Assembly (NCBI GenBank): GCA_013265495.1
Contig: MU058687.1
Coordinates: 3,598,001 to 3,662,000 of the forward strand
Reading direction: 5' to 3'
DNA length: 64,000 nt
Source: Vicugna vicugna
Lineage: Eukaryota
Below, piece by piece: positions 51,064-64,000 of this stretch (position 1 is its first letter; the number at the start of each line of letters is the position of its first letter). The position numbers were made by a program, and so were the translations under genes. Under the pieces are notes generated by a model. The model was not told the DNA's origin. It did not search any database and saw only the letters and a program-made list of their open reading frames with translations.

Positions 51064-54001
51064 TGTATGTGTGTGGGTTTTTTTCTTTTTAAAAGTAATT
51101 AACTCTTTATAAAAGTGATAATGATTTTCTTATTGTGAAATGATACATGTTTGTTATCGAACATTTAGGAAACAACGGGAAATAAAAGTCACCTGTAAGT
51201 CTCCCCTCCAAAAATAACCAGTGAGAAAATTTTGATATCTATTTTTCCAGCTTAATGTCTAAGCATCCACAATCCAGGGTTTGCTGTTCTGTTTTTAAAG
51301 AAGCTCATTCACTCATTTACCAAGTTCTAACTGAGCACCCACTCTGCACCACTCAGGCACTGAAATCCCATTTTGGAAGCTGTCGCACTAGCTTGATTTT
51401 CACTTAAAGATGCATCATGAGCACGTTTGCACAACAGCCACTCGTGCTGTTGAGCTTCCAGATTTAGATTTTGGGTGTAATGAGGCAGTTGGCAAATTCT
51501 GGCATCTTAGGTCTTATGTCTTAAGGAAGGATTGCCGAGCCTCTCTTTCCTCAGCACCTAAGGCAGGCACTGTGTTAGACTCCTTGGGAGAAAATGTGTT
51601 CCTTTACTTAGGAAGTTAGGAAGGGACAGAAGGTTTGGAGGGTGGGAAAAACTCTAAGCCTTTATTTAGTTTTAAAGTCTGGGATTTCTCCAAATGAGGG
51701 GTTTGGAAAGGAGAGATTCCATTCTCCCATATAGAATCTAGCATCTCAGAGAGTTGGTGGAATGTTAGAGCATGGCTAGTTCACTGTCTTCAAAGTAGAG
51801 ATGAGGGCTGGGAGCAGTAAAGTGACTTGTCCAAGTTACACACAAATGGTTGATGGCAGAGCTGGGACTGGAACCTAGGGAGCTGTGCTAGGGAGAATTG
51901 TACGTTGGTTGGAGGTGGATTTGATGGAAGTGGATCAGAGAGAGTGCCCTTGCTGGGCAGATGGAGGGATTCCAGTGGCCTTGCTTGAGTTTGGTTACCA
52001 TGTTTAAAAGAGGTTTGTAGTACAGTTTAATTTGCTGATCCCCTACCCCATTCCTTGTCCACAGCATACTCTGTGCCACTATCTCTCAAACACACATCTT
52101 TGGTTCCACAGAGACCTGGGGTGAGGAGAGAGGAATGCCCTCTGGAAAGCCAGCACTGCTTGTAGACCAGCTGGACCGGTGCAGGCTTCCATGAACTCAG
52201 TTCTGCAAATAGCTCCCTGGCCCTTCCTTGGCCCAGGGCATTGTGTTTGGTGCTGGGGACACAGAGGAAAGTGATGGCTGACATACTCTACTGAAGGACA
52301 TTGTGAATGTCTGTAATCAAAGCAGGAGGCTTGCATCCAGGGTAGAAGGGACCACTGGGGTTTCCACGGAAGGGATGCTTGCTGTTGGTCAGAGAAGAGA
52401 GTGTGAGGACGGTTTTACTGAGGAGGTGGAATTCATAAACAATGACATCAGCAGATGAGAGAGAAGGACTAAGGGTGACAGGCCAAGGAACTGGCAAGAG
52501 GAGAGGAAAGAAAATGAGGAATTCCCCTCAAATACACAGAAGGCTGACCTTTGTAGCACATGGGTGGAGGGCTGAGTGAGAGTGGGGCTGGAGAGGTATG
52601 TTCAGGCAAGTTTTGGAAGTTTTTGGCTGAAATGGCTGGTGTTTCAGTTAGGATGATCCCTATCATGAGGAATCCCAACTCAGACTTAACCATAGAGGGA
52701 ATTTTGGGAGGAGGGTTTCACATAACTAAAATTTTGGAGAATGGACCTTGTTTGGGTTTGGTCTAGGGCTGTCCATTATCAGAGGCTCAGGCTGGCTCTG
52801 CCCGTGTCAGTAAAATGTTCTGCAACTCCAGACCTCAGGCCAGCAGCCTCACCCATAAGAGCTAGAGAGAACTTCTCCCCCAGCCATTGAATGAAAGTCT
52901 TGGGCTTCATTTAGGTTGGCCCAGCTTAGGTCACCAATTACAATGTGATGCCTTCCCCAGGAGCTTGGGGTGGAGCCAGCTCACCCCAACCACGTGGCTG
53001 CTTTGCCATGGGTGGGATCTGAAGTGGATGCTGGAAGCTGCAGATAGTAGACAGAGGCATTTAGACTTTAGTCTGTGTGTCCAGGGGAGCATGGGATGAA
53101 TTAGAGTGGTGATGGCTTGTTTACCTCTGTTGTAGGAGCAGAACTCTGGAGGCAGGATGTAGAAGTCTCTGGGTTTGACAGAATCAGGGGCAAAGAGGAC
53201 ACTGCCTGGCTGACACTGGCTCTACTGGCAACTAAGCCAACTCCAGAGTGTGATCCATGTGGGTGCATCTGACTCATCCTGGCACCCGGGCAGGGAGGAG
53301 GAAAGGCAGAACAAGAGAGTAACTACAAAGGACCAAGCCAGTCTTCATCCCTCAGCGTTGTTCTCCTGTAGGTTTTGTCATTTTTCAGAGACTAAAGGGC
53401 CAAGAATCTTTTAAGGAAGACTGAAGTTTGGTGCTTTCTTGCAAAATACTTCTGAAGGACCTGTGGTTTCCCCAGCAGAGCGTGAGGTGCAGGAACCTGA
53501 GTTCATGCGTTATGGGTTTGAGTTTTTCACTCCTTTTGCCCTGTAGACACCCACGCCTCCTCCAGGATCAGCTTTGACTGATGGCTGTCTTTGCAATATT
53601 GCTATTTCCTCGGGAATCTGATGGCTTCTGAGCTACTGTGCTCGCTTCCACTTGTACTTAGCTGGCCCTTAGTTGGGCCATTATGTGCTCTGGACTGTGC
53701 TTGAAGAATTAATTTGCTTTATGTCAAAGTCAATAGGATGTTTTTTGTTTCTGTTTCTTGAAATGGAGGTAGAAGCCTTTTAACTAGGAGATCCCTTGTG
53801 ACCTGGCAAAAGGGGGCTTTTCTGACCTGGTGATTTTCCGCCTGTGTGTGAATCTGTTGAGGTAGCTGAAAATTGAGCTGGAGGAGGGGGCATAAGAGGG
53901 GCAGACTGGTGGGGGGAGCACGATGCTCTCAGGTTTCAGGGTGGTTGAATTCTTTGAGCTGGCTTTTGGGGCAGCCCTAGATGTGGGGCAAAAGAGCTGT
54001 G

Positions 54002-54617
54002 CTTGAATATTAGCTTTGTCATTCATAGCCACTTGACTTTGAAGATTCAGAGGACAGCTGTGGAGGACCTACTGTGTTCCAGGGCCGCCTTGGATGTGTG
54101 ACTGTTTCTTATTTTGAAGTGGCCCTGAGGTGGCAGTGAGAATGGAGCTCTAGATCTCTGAGGGGCCGCTCCCTGCACACGCTGTGCCCGAGCTGTTCCT
54201 GTGTTATCCAGACCCTCACAAAGGCCCCTGAGGCAGGTAGATGAGATAAGCAAAAGCTCAGAGAGGTTAAGTAATTTGCCTAAGGCATCTCAGCAAGCAA
54301 GTGAGATGTAAATCCAGTGGTTTCTGACCTCAAAGCCTGTAGTGCTCTGAGTAGGAAGATGTGGGAGGAAGCATGAGCTTTGGGGTCACACATGCAGATT
54401 CAGTTATTATTCACTAGTTAAGTAGATACTTCCCCTCCTGAGGCATTTAAACTTACTGCCCCATTCTCACTGCTACCTCAGGGCTACTTCAAAATAAGAA
54501 AATTCACAAGTCCAAGGCAGCCTTGGAACATAGTAGGTCTTCCATAGCTGTTCTCTGAAACTTCAAAGGCAAGTGTCCAAGGCCATGTAAGCATGAATAA
54601 CAAAACTAATTTTCAAG
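54002..54617. repeat. Long inverted repeat (arms ~54002-54145 and ~54461-54617, 315-bp spacer)
   Basis: Reverse complement of 54461-54574 aligns to 54031-54145 with ~14 differences in 115 nt by eye. An outer 25-nt block also matches. Confidence 0.95.
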
Positions 54618-56099
54618 TATCATTATCTATAAATCAGAGGCAGTAACATTATCTTTGTAGTTGTGGGTGGCTCAGAGTCAAGTGACTTGTCTGAGGTCAT
54701 CCAGCAGTTGGGAAGTTGATTCAGCCGGGATTAAAACCCTTGTGGTCTGATGCCAGACCCACACTCCGCTCCCCTTTCCACACCACTTTGTGGTTCTGCC
54801 TGGTATATAGGAGCCACAGCCATGATAATAATAATGGTGATAATCATTATTTTGCATTGGTCAGATTCTGCTAGCAGGAAGCTTCTGCTGCTGGTGATGG
54901 GTGGGATAGGCAAGATTTTCTTTTTATCTTTCTTCTTCCCTCCTAATAGGTCTCCCAGAGTTTTCCTGGGGGGAGTAGTTGAAGAAATGAGACTAGGGCT
55001 AAGTGGAGGGTAAGCTGTTCAGATGTCAGGTTTGGGGGGGATGCAGGGTAGGTCAAAATAAGAGGTGAGAAAAACCATCAGATGGCTGAGTGGAGCGTGC
55101 TGGAGTCTTTCATGTGTGTTGTGGACAAAGGGGAGCCCTTAGGAGGTAGCATTGGGGAACTTGGGCTCCCTGTGTGCTCGTGGACTTTTTTGAAGTGTAT
55201 ATGCAGCAGACTAGCATGTAGAGGGCACATGGGTGTGCTCCGTGTGCCTGTGGTCCTCACACCCCATAAGGCTGATATTGTCACCCTTGTTTAGGGAGGG
55301 AGGGGTTAAACTGCTCATGATGCCTCAGCTAGTGAGCCTCTGAACTAGGATTCAAACAGAACTACAGGATCCAATGCTTTTCGCCTATGGAATATCTGTG
55401 TTTAGAAAAACCTGCCCTTTCTATATGTTTCTCAGACTTTTAAAAGATTCCAGTCCCACTCTCACCCTCTGATAGTTTTTAGAGGTCAAATGATTTGACC
55501 AAGATCTCACAGTGGGAGGAGCCATCTGAGACCAAGGTCATGGGATCTCCAGGCTCATGGTTACTTCCAAAATGTAGAGCAGACACCTGGAGTGCCTGTC
55601 CAGGCAGGGAACTGGCAAGAAGTGATGCGGCATTAGGGCTACAGTGCTGTAGGCTGGTGTTTAGAGCCTGATTTCAGGTCCCAGGGAGGATTCAGGGGAA
55701 ATCAGGAAACCAAGGCAGACACCCATGCATAAGGGCTGCTAGACATTGTTTTGGGACCTAGATGCCATGGATGCCCAGGCAATAAGAACGATTGCAGATC
55801 ACATAAGGAGATGGGGCTCAGCTTACTGAATGGGGAAGATGCAGGCTGCCATACTCCTTGAGTTACTAGTCGTGTGGTTATTATAATCTAGATTTCTTAA
55901 GGCCTGCCTAACACATGGGCTCTGGAATCAAACTGTGGGTGAGTCTCTACTGTGGGTACAAACTTTGGGCAAGTTACTTCCCCTCTCTGAGTCTCAGATT
56001 TGTCATGTACAAAACAGGAATAAAGTCACGCCCACTCCACAGATTGGTCGGGAATATTAAGGAGGAATTGTAGATAAACTACGTAGTCTAGGACTCTCA

Positions 56100-57076
56100 G
56101 AATTCTGTGTCTGGCCTGGACTTCTCACTTGGACTCACCTTTGTGCATCCAGCTGCTGAATCACCATCTCTCCCTGTTTATTTAATACTAATTCAACTCA
56201 GTTTTTCATGCTTTAGCATTCTTTGACTTTACCTCTTGCCCCAACCTGCTCTTCCCAGGCTTCCCCATTTTAGAATTGGGCACCTCCATCCTCTTAGTTG
56301 CTCACACCTAACATACTTAAACATGTTTTTGACTCCTTTTTTGCTCTCACATCTCATTTTCCATCTATCAACCAAGCCTGTAGCCTCTCCTTTAAAGACG
56401 GGATCCGGAACATGTCCAGACCTCTTCCCCCTGGGGTCCAAGCCACCTCTCACCTGCACTACTGCAGTCACTTCCCTACTGGACTCTTGCTTCCACTCTT
56501 GACTCTGTGCCTTTTTTTTTCTTTATGCAACAGGCCGGAATGAGTCTTTTAAATGAAAGTCTGATTATGTCATTGCACTCAAAACTCTCCAGTGGTTTCC
56601 GGTGCCACCCTGAGTGAGCCCCAGAGTCCTAAGAATGACCTGTGAGCCCCACTGGATTTGGTCCTAGCACCTTTCTGCCCTCCTCTCCTGCCACTCTCCC
56701 TCTCACTCATGCTGTTCCAGTCACACTTGTCTCCTTGCTGCTCCTTGGACTTGCTAAGCCCAGTCCAACCTCCAAATCTTTGTCTTGGCTGTTTCCCTTC
56801 CCCAGGTCTCTGCACACAGGAACCTCATTGGACAAGCCTTCCCCCTACCATTTCCAGAACAGCCCTTCCCTCCCCAGCACTCTCATCCCCCTTACCTTAC
56901 TTAATTTGCATAGCGTCTAACACCATCTGACATGTTTCATATGTGCTTACTTTGCTTCTTGTCTGTCTGCCCGAATATGGCCGCCTCACCCCCAAGGACT
57001 GCCTGGGACTGTGTTTTGTTCACAAATGGCACCTCGCACAGGGTGAGCACTCAGTGAACACCTGCCAGATGAATGA
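56100..57076 (+). mobile_element. Long L2 3' segment (~1 kb)
   Basis: Continuous L2 hallmarks: 'caagccacc', 'ctcaaaactctccagtgg', 'tgctgttccagtcacact', 'catagc..taacaccatctgacat', 'gagcactcagtgaacacctgccagatgaatga'. Confidence 0.88.
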
Positions 57077-57824
57077 GCCCCCTCCTTCCTGCTTCCACAG
57101 TTCAGGTGTCTTGTTACATTGAGCCACTTCTTGCCTAGTCCTTGAGGGTCAAATGAGAATGATTCATCATCCTTAGTTCTCTCTCATGAACTACTTTTAG
57201 AGACATGGCCTAGGACTTTTTGAAATAGCTTTACATTTTTTCTCATTTTAAAAAGGAATACATGTGCCATGTATGTTTTGGGGAAAAAAAAAGAAAAACA
57301 AAATTTAATAGACAGAGAAAAGCATAAGGAAGAGCATGAGGTCACCTGGAATCCCACTGCCCAGGAAGAACCACTGCCACTGTCTAGTGCCCACCCCTCA
57401 GGCTTTCCTCCAACTCTAGGTTTTCTTTCTTGGGGAAAGGGATGAATTGGAAGGAACAGTCTATGAATGAAGGGTATTATTGAGGAAATGGGCAACAAAG
57501 TGACAGTGACAGTGACACCAACGGTGTTTCTGGTGGAAAGTGGTATGACTAGGAATTGGAGGAATTTGGCCTCCATCAGTGATTCTCTTTCATATATTAA
57601 CAAATCAATTTGTTTCTAATCAGATAAGGGTCTCACACAGGGAAGAGGAAGAGACACCTTAGGAAAGGTACAAGGGAAATTCATTTCCGTTTATTTTGCT
57701 TATTTTTCAAAGCATCCAGTTGGGTGGAACTTTCTTTTAAGGCCATGAGAACTGTGTGTTTGGCTGCAAGCAAAGTCATAGCTGGTGGGGTGTGTGGGGC
57801 TGGGTCAGGAGGATGGGAACTGAC

Positions 57825-58010
57825 AGCAGCTGAGGGACCACTTACCTGGTGCCAGGAGCTTTACATACAGTAGTTAACTCACTTAACTCTCATGGCAATC
57901 TTGTGCGGTAAGAGAATAGAGGCTTGAAGAGGTTGGGTGACTTCTCCAGGTGAGTGGTATATGATCTGAATCCAGGCTGTCAGACACCAGAGCCTGTGTC
58001 TGTTACCATG
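57825..58010 (-). mobile_element. MIR
   Basis: 'taactcacttaactctcatggcaatcttgtg...gaggcttgaagaggttgggtgactt'. Confidence 0.7.
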
Positions 58011-58608
58011 GTGAAACATGCTCCCAGAGCAGTCAGAACGGATGCGCAGGTGGATCAGCATGCAAGTGCGTTTGATGGAGCTGAGGGAGGAGGCTGGGAC
58101 TTTCTGGGGATCCGTCAGCCCACAGAGTTGCTTTGCAGTGTGGCCATTCGGGCCATGAAAGCCTGGTTGTGTGTCTTTGGGAGGCTGACTCCCAGACATG
58201 TCCAGTGATGGCATGATGGTATTAGAAGTTTGGGAGTGGTGCCTCCAATGTGAAATAAGGAGGAAAATCTTGAAATGGGCATGACAGGGAAACCAGACAG
58301 CCATCCACATCACTCTCCAGCTCAGGACCCTGCAGATAAATTTGAAATTCCAGAAATTTGGGGTGAGCAGTGGTATTAAGTCATCCCTTCTCCTCTTTGA
58401 GCTGTGTGCAAACTCTGATATCTGGTGAGGGGGACGGGGAGGCGGAGTTGGGTGGGAGGGCTGTCTTTGGCATTCATGAAGACCACACCAAGCCAGTGAA
58501 CTGAGGTACAGACTCTTAATATTCCTGAGGGAGCAGTGCTGTGAGGCCCCAGCAGAGGGATCTGAGTTATCGCCCTGCTCTCTTCTGCTGCCTGAGCATG
58601 GGGCAGGG

Positions 58609-58653
58609 GTGTGTGTGTGTGTGTGTGTGTGTCTGTGTGTGTGCGCGCGTGCA
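58609..58653. repeat. (GT)n-(GC)n alternating purine-pyrimidine tract
   Basis: gtgtgt...gtctgtgtgtgtgcgcgcgtgca. Confidence 0.9.
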
Positions 58654-60703
58654 GGGTACATGTTGTTGGATGTTGTTACACTGCCTAAGGGCAGGAGACA
58701 GCTCCTGGGAATTAATGCTGCTCAGATATTAAACTGATACTTACACTCACGTCTTAGCCACAGAGTGAGGAGATGCCTGGGGTTTCTTTGTCAACCCTGA
58801 GTCTTGAGACCTAAGTGGGAAAGAGGATGAGAGGGATTCCTCACTCAGGCGGTGGTGCAGGGTTTGAGGTGGGCTATTTATTCATGCTTTAGCTGGGTAG
58901 GAAATGTTGAGCTCACCGTTACCCTGCAAAAATAGCCCATCTCTAAGTTTTCCCAGGGAAAAAGAAGTCCCCTTGGATTCCATTCATTCAGCAGATCTTT
59001 ATTGAGCACCTGCTGGGTCCAGCACAGGGCTAGGGGCTGGAGATGGAGTGGGAGAGGTGGTATGGGTGACAGCTGGCAGAGCTGAGACATATTTTGGTGG
59101 TACCATTGGCCGGAGTTGATGATGAATTGGATACAGGGATGAGGGAGAGATGAGTGTGGAGAACGACTCCCAGGGCGTTGATGTGAGTAGCCATCAGAAG
59201 CTTGGCACCAGAACTCCTCTCCCAGGGAGGGTGGCACGGCTCCAGATTGCTAGGGCAGATTTCACATATTTCAAAAAAGGGAGGGGTAGGAGAGGCCCCG
59301 AGAGGTGTCAGCCACTGAGTCTGAACACATGCATTTTTCTCTTCCTTACAGATGTTGGCACTCACAGTACTTCTGGTTCCTCCTCAATCTGCCCAGTGCC
59401 TCTTACCTTCCAGATCCCCCACCTCTATATGGAAAAAGAATATGAGGAGGGGAAATTGCCCTCCTCATTTACCAGGCTAAGGGAAACTTCAGAAAGCTTC
59501 TTCAGCTTGGGACCCAGGAAGGCAAATAGGTTCGGGTCCAGTTCTGATGAAGTAGATCTCATTATCAGGGATGACTCCAGCTGATAATCTCTCAAACGGT
59601 TATGAAACTGTGGAATATTAGTACTAAAGTGAAACTCTGGAGCTTGTCTAATTTAACCCCCCATTCTCTGGATGCACAACTGAGGCTATAAGAGGTTAAG
59701 GATAGCATGAAGTCACATAGCAGCTTGGTACGGCTAGACCCTGGGACACAAAATAGCTTAAGTAACAGTAAATCTGGGGAGAGGAGGCCTGAAAAACACC
59801 AAATACAGCAATCTGAGAGTCAAGGCAGTGCTGTTTGGGAAGTGTGGGCTAGCCCAGGAGTCTTCTAGGGTGGGGTGTAGAGACCCCTGTCCTGTAAAAG
59901 AACTGGCTCTCTCTTTCACTAAGAAACTTGGGTGTCAAGTAAAAATGGGAGTGAAGAGCTCAAGGATACACCTGAAAGGGCTCAAAAGACAGAATTGAGG
60001 ATCGTCCATCAGCCCATACCCTTGGGAAGTCCTCTCCCCAGGTACTGAGGCTGTAGATGTGTGGTGGCTTGAGGGCTGCCCCCTGTGTCCCTCCCTGCCC
60101 CACCCACCTGTCCTGCTAGACTTGATATTATATGCCTGTTTTCTGCTGCTGGCCCTCGGGCTAACCCTCCCCCTCTGCATCCGGAATTTGCTCCACGGGG
60201 ATGGAGAGGAGACTGAGCAGGCTCCAGTCCACTGGAGATGATGCCAGCTGGGTTTGCAGTAGGGATGAGATGTCCATGTCAGCCCGTCCCCTCCAGGTGG
60301 TAATGGTTTTCTGGGTGAAATGGGCTGGGTGCTGTGGTCAGAAACCACAGATTAACCCTGTTGTGGCCTTCCTTTGGCATTTTGATAGGCAATGTGGTGT
60401 CTGAGTGTAGAGAAACACAGAGCTTTCTTTTCTTTGTCACTTAAAATGGAGGCTGACATCTGGCATGTCTCACATCTTGTCCCCCAGACTTGGGGGAGGG
60501 TCAGGGCTGTGAGTTCTCGCTGGGATCTACAGTTTAGTCTCAGCCCATTGAGAGAGAGCCCATGGGGGAGACAACCCTGACATCCACCTGCTCAGCCTCT
60601 GGACTTCTGATGTATTGCTTTCCTAAGGTCCAAGGCAACTGTGGCTCAGTTGCTCAGCGTGTAGATGCCCAGAATGTGTGGACAAGGTGTGGTTGATGCC
60701 ACC

Positions 60704-60722
60704 TTTGCTCCCTGGTGGTCAG
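60704..60722 (-). promoter_or_regulatory. CTCF-like motif
   Basis: Minus strand CTGACCACCAGGGAGCAAA is close to the CCACCAGGGGGCGC core. Motif match only. Confidence 0.35.
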
Positions 60723-61466
60723 GTCTGGCCTGGGATACTCCGGCTCCTGCATGTGGCAGGAGGAGGAAGGACAGACACATCTATAGTGTTGGCCTAGGAC
60801 CTCGGGCAGAGTAGGGGAGCCACCCCCGCTGGTGGGTTAAGAGGAGGACAGTGTGACATGTACCAGAATGAGCAGAAGGGCTCCAGGGATGGATGGCTAA
60901 GGCGAGGGACAGTAGTCCCAGAGCCAGGCACAACGCTCCAGTGTCCTGGGGCGGATATCTCAGTCCCCATCCTGGCTGATGCCAGAGTGGGCCTGCATTT
61001 CAGCCTCTAGCCCTCTCAGGGGCCCAGCCTGCAATCTACGCCCTGACTGCTGCTGACCCCTTGGCACTGATTTGAGCACCATTTGTCTTTGTGTCTGATC
61101 TGCAACGTATGCAGATGCAGAAGTGGCTCAATTGATGACCTGTCTTCTGGAACACTTAGGGGATCCTGGGAGGCTCAGTTGCTCTGAAGTTTCAGAGGTG
61201 TTAAGAAGCTCTTGGTGGAGATTTGCGTGAGGAGGTTAATTATGGCTGCTCCCTCTTTTTTTTCCCCCATCTGGTAACCTTGGCTCAATTTAAGTTTTAA
61301 ATCTCAAGCTGAGATAATATTTAAGAACTGTAGTTCTTAAAAAACTAGTTCCCAGGAAAAGCAAGGAAAATTAACATGAAGGGGCCACTGTGAACCAGGC
61401 ACACTGTGCTTGGCACTTTTATATGCATTATCCATTTGTCTCTTTACAGTGATCCTGGTTCACTGG

Positions 61467-61850
61467 TTCATTCATTCATTCATTCATTCCGTGTTTGTTG
61501 AGCACTTAATATGAGCAAGGTAGTGTTCTAGGCTCTGGTGATACAGCAGAGCATGGGGCAGATCAGATGCTCTGCTCTTACGGAGCAAGGATTCTAGTGA
61601 GAAGAGTGATAGACAATAAACACATGAAAATTAGACAAGCTGAGACAGCAGTGACAGCCAGGAAGGGAATAAAGTAAGATAAAGGGCAGGTGGGTGACTT
61701 GGAAGGGTTATGGAGAAAGCCGTCTTGGGACGACGACTTCTGAACTGGGACCTGAACGATGAGAGAGCCACGGAAATGCTGGGGAGGGGCTGCCCCACGG
61801 GGCTCAGCAAGTGCAGGTGTCCTGGATGGGCGGGAACTTGGCCAGGTGAG
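61467..61850 (-). mobile_element. L2 3' end with (TTCA)n tail
   Basis: 'ttcattcattcattcattcattc..tgtttgttgagcactta..atg.gcaagg..tgttctaggctctggtgatacagcag'. Confidence 0.9.
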
Positions 61851-62029
61851 GAGAGATGGTTTTTTTCCTCTGTTTTCCAAACAAGGATACTGAATCCTAG
61901 AACCCAGTTGTTCATCATTGGTCAGCTACCTGGAGTAGATCTACTTGTTCTAAACACATGATCTTTTCACTGTAACCTGCTGCCATCGACAAACTGCTGC
62001 GCTGATTTGTAAAAAAGTTGTTTTCATGC

Positions 62030-62175
62030 ATCATCTTATTCTGTCCTTGTAAACTATTGCCAGCTCTGTACAGATGAAGAAACTGAGACTCAAGTCTCAG
62101 TCAAATTCCTTATTCAAGGTCACAGCTGAAAATCGGAGAAGGTGGGATTCAAACTCAGGTACCTCTGACTGGCAG
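62030..62175 (-). mobile_element. MIR
   Basis: 'tacagatgaagaaactgagactca...caaggtcacagct...gggattcaaactcagg..ctctgact'. Confidence 0.85.
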
Positions 62176-63220
62176 CTGTATTTAGTCACCACAACAGGGG
62201 AAGTTTGGGTGCCTGTGGGCCAGGGGAATTTTCTTCCACTTTTAGGGATGAGACAACTGCACACCAGGGAGTTTGATGTCTTCTCCATGCCCCCAGCCAG
62301 AAAGTGGAGGGCGGTGCTGATACTCAGCTCTCCCAACCCCTGAGTGGGTTCCTCCTGCTCTAACTACTACCTTTGTCCGTGTCTGGTGGCCAAGAGGGGC
62401 TGCTTGGCAGTGTCACCACCACCCAGGGGCCTACTTGCTACTATTTGGCACAAAGGATGCATTCCTAGTCTTAGGTGTGGGTCCTGTAAAAGGTAAATCA
62501 GCTGAAAATAGACGCTGAGCACTGTTCTGGGTTAGGAATTATGCTAAGTTCCTCCGTGGAGGAACATGAGGTGAGTTGTTTGGTTCATTTCGGCAATGGG
62601 AAATAATCACCCAAGAGTGCCAGGAACACTTGACCCCACCCCTCTTCTTGTTGTGCTAGGGAGAAAAGACCAATTAAACACTGTCCCTGCCCTAAAGGAA
62701 TTCAAAGTCCAGGTGGGAAGACAGAACAATAAATACAACCGTACTATGTTGCAGTAGGACTCACTTACTCATTTACTAAGTCACTATGCGTTGAGTTTCT
62801 ATGCAGGCCAGGTACCACAGCAGGTGCCGGGGGTACAGTGGTTAAAGGGCTGACAAGGACCCTTCCTCATGGGGCTTATTACATCTGGGTGGTGTAGAGG
62901 GAAAGTGAGCAAAGGAGTACTGAAACTCTGAGTACAAACTGGAATCAACCTGTGAAGGAGGGGTAGAGGGAGCTGTTCGCCCCAATGGGAGGTCCGTATT
63001 TGTTGTGTGCATTGGAGGAGGCTTCCCTATGGAGGAAATGCTTGGAACTGACGGATGAGTTGGAAGGTTCTGGTGGAGGCGGCCAGAGCTTATCAGAGGG
63101 GCACCAAGGAGGCCACCTAGGGAGTAGTGGTCAGGTGGTGACACTCCCCTGGTCTTGAAGGAGTCTGCTAAGGGATTCGGGACTGGAGCGTGTGGTATGG
63201 GCTGTGGGAGCTGTGGATCC

Positions 63221-63234
63221 TGTGCGCGTGCGAG

Positions 63235-63266
<32 letters not shown>

Positions 63267-63267
63267 T
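63221..63267. repeat. (GC)n-(AC)n alternating tract
   Basis: tgtgcgcgtgcgagcacacgcgcgcgcacacacacacacacacata. Confidence 0.9.
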
Positions 63268-64000
63268 AACACATTTTGGCATCACTCTGTGTGATCTCAG
63301 AAGACCTTTCTGCTCCACCCACAGGAAGCTGAAGAAGTGTGCAGTTTGCTTCTGTCTCGAATGTCTGTTCTCTAGCTCTTTCCTTTGAACTCTGCCCACG
63401 GCTCTGCGAATGCCAGTGCCAGGATATCAGTTATCCAGTGGGCCTCGCCCTTGCCCAGCCAGCCCGCTTGCTCAGTGGCACCTGTGCATAATCGATACGG
63501 GAGGTGGCCACTGCTTTTAGCTGGGGTGCTGGAGAAGTCCTTCCACTTTTGTGGAGCTCAGCCTCACTCTGGCATTTATCCTCCCGTCCTGCCCCTCCTC
63601 CTCACTTCCTCTGGCTCCCACCTAGCTCTGGAAGGCTGCATGGCTGGATTTTGCAGGTGGGCTGCAGCTCCTGTGACTGCCCCAAACCCTATGTCCAGCA
63701 GCTGGAGAGGTGCTTGGTTGTGCCTCAGCTCAACCTAGAGAGTTCCTCGGCTACCGGTGGGCCGGGCCTTTCAAGTGACTTTTCCTCTTCCTGTTCTTGG
63801 TACTTCCAGGGCCTCTGACCACTTCTGAAGTGTCCAAGGTGTGGTAGACAAGCTGGCAAGAGAGGGTGTGAGTTCTCCTATTTACCTCCTGGTTGGGTAT
63901 CTACTAAGTGGGACAGTCTTCCTTCCCCCTCTCCTGGTGAGAAGAGCTGACACGCCCCTCCCTGGGGTACCCACGACCTGGCATTATCCCTCTCAGACAT

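Noticed and set aside
57879..58661. Longest ORF (260 aa, minus strand)
   Set aside because: Starts in a (CA)n microsatellite and ends in a MIR. No recognisable domain or coding-like composition.
61320..61341. Palindrome TTTAAGAACT-GT-AGTTCTTAAA
   Set aside because: A single AT-rich 10-bp-arm hairpin is plausible by chance in 64 kb and has no supporting context.

Overview
Mammalian non-coding DNA, very probably from a camelid. It carries two young tRNA-derived SINEs of the camelid Vic-1 type, and I saw no Alu, Bov-tA/BovB, PRE or SINEC elements. No ORF in the track looks like a real protein-coding exon. The background is dense with old MIR and L2 fragments, MLT1 solo LTRs, DNA transposon fossils (Tigger1-derived, MER2-like, MER5, MER94-, MER112- and MARNA-like) and short L1 3' ends. 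The main functional feature is a candidate promoter and ~308-bp non-coding first exon (~38070-38377) with a strong AAG|GTAAGA donor, followed by at least 25 kb of intron. A tandem pair of RE1/NRSE (REST) sites lies ~12 kb upstream, pointing to a neuronal gene. My best but unverified guess is NRXN3-alpha. Structures worth a second look: (1) a ~145-bp non-transposon inverted repeat in the intron whose mismatches mostly allow G.U pairing in the + strand RNA; (2) a perfect 257-bp tandem duplication with a complex junction; (3) a 41-bp segment repeated ~880 bp away next to a 28-bp local duplication. I found no CRISPR-like, prokaryote-type or new protein-coding system. Repeat boundaries and subfamily names were called by eye and are approximate.
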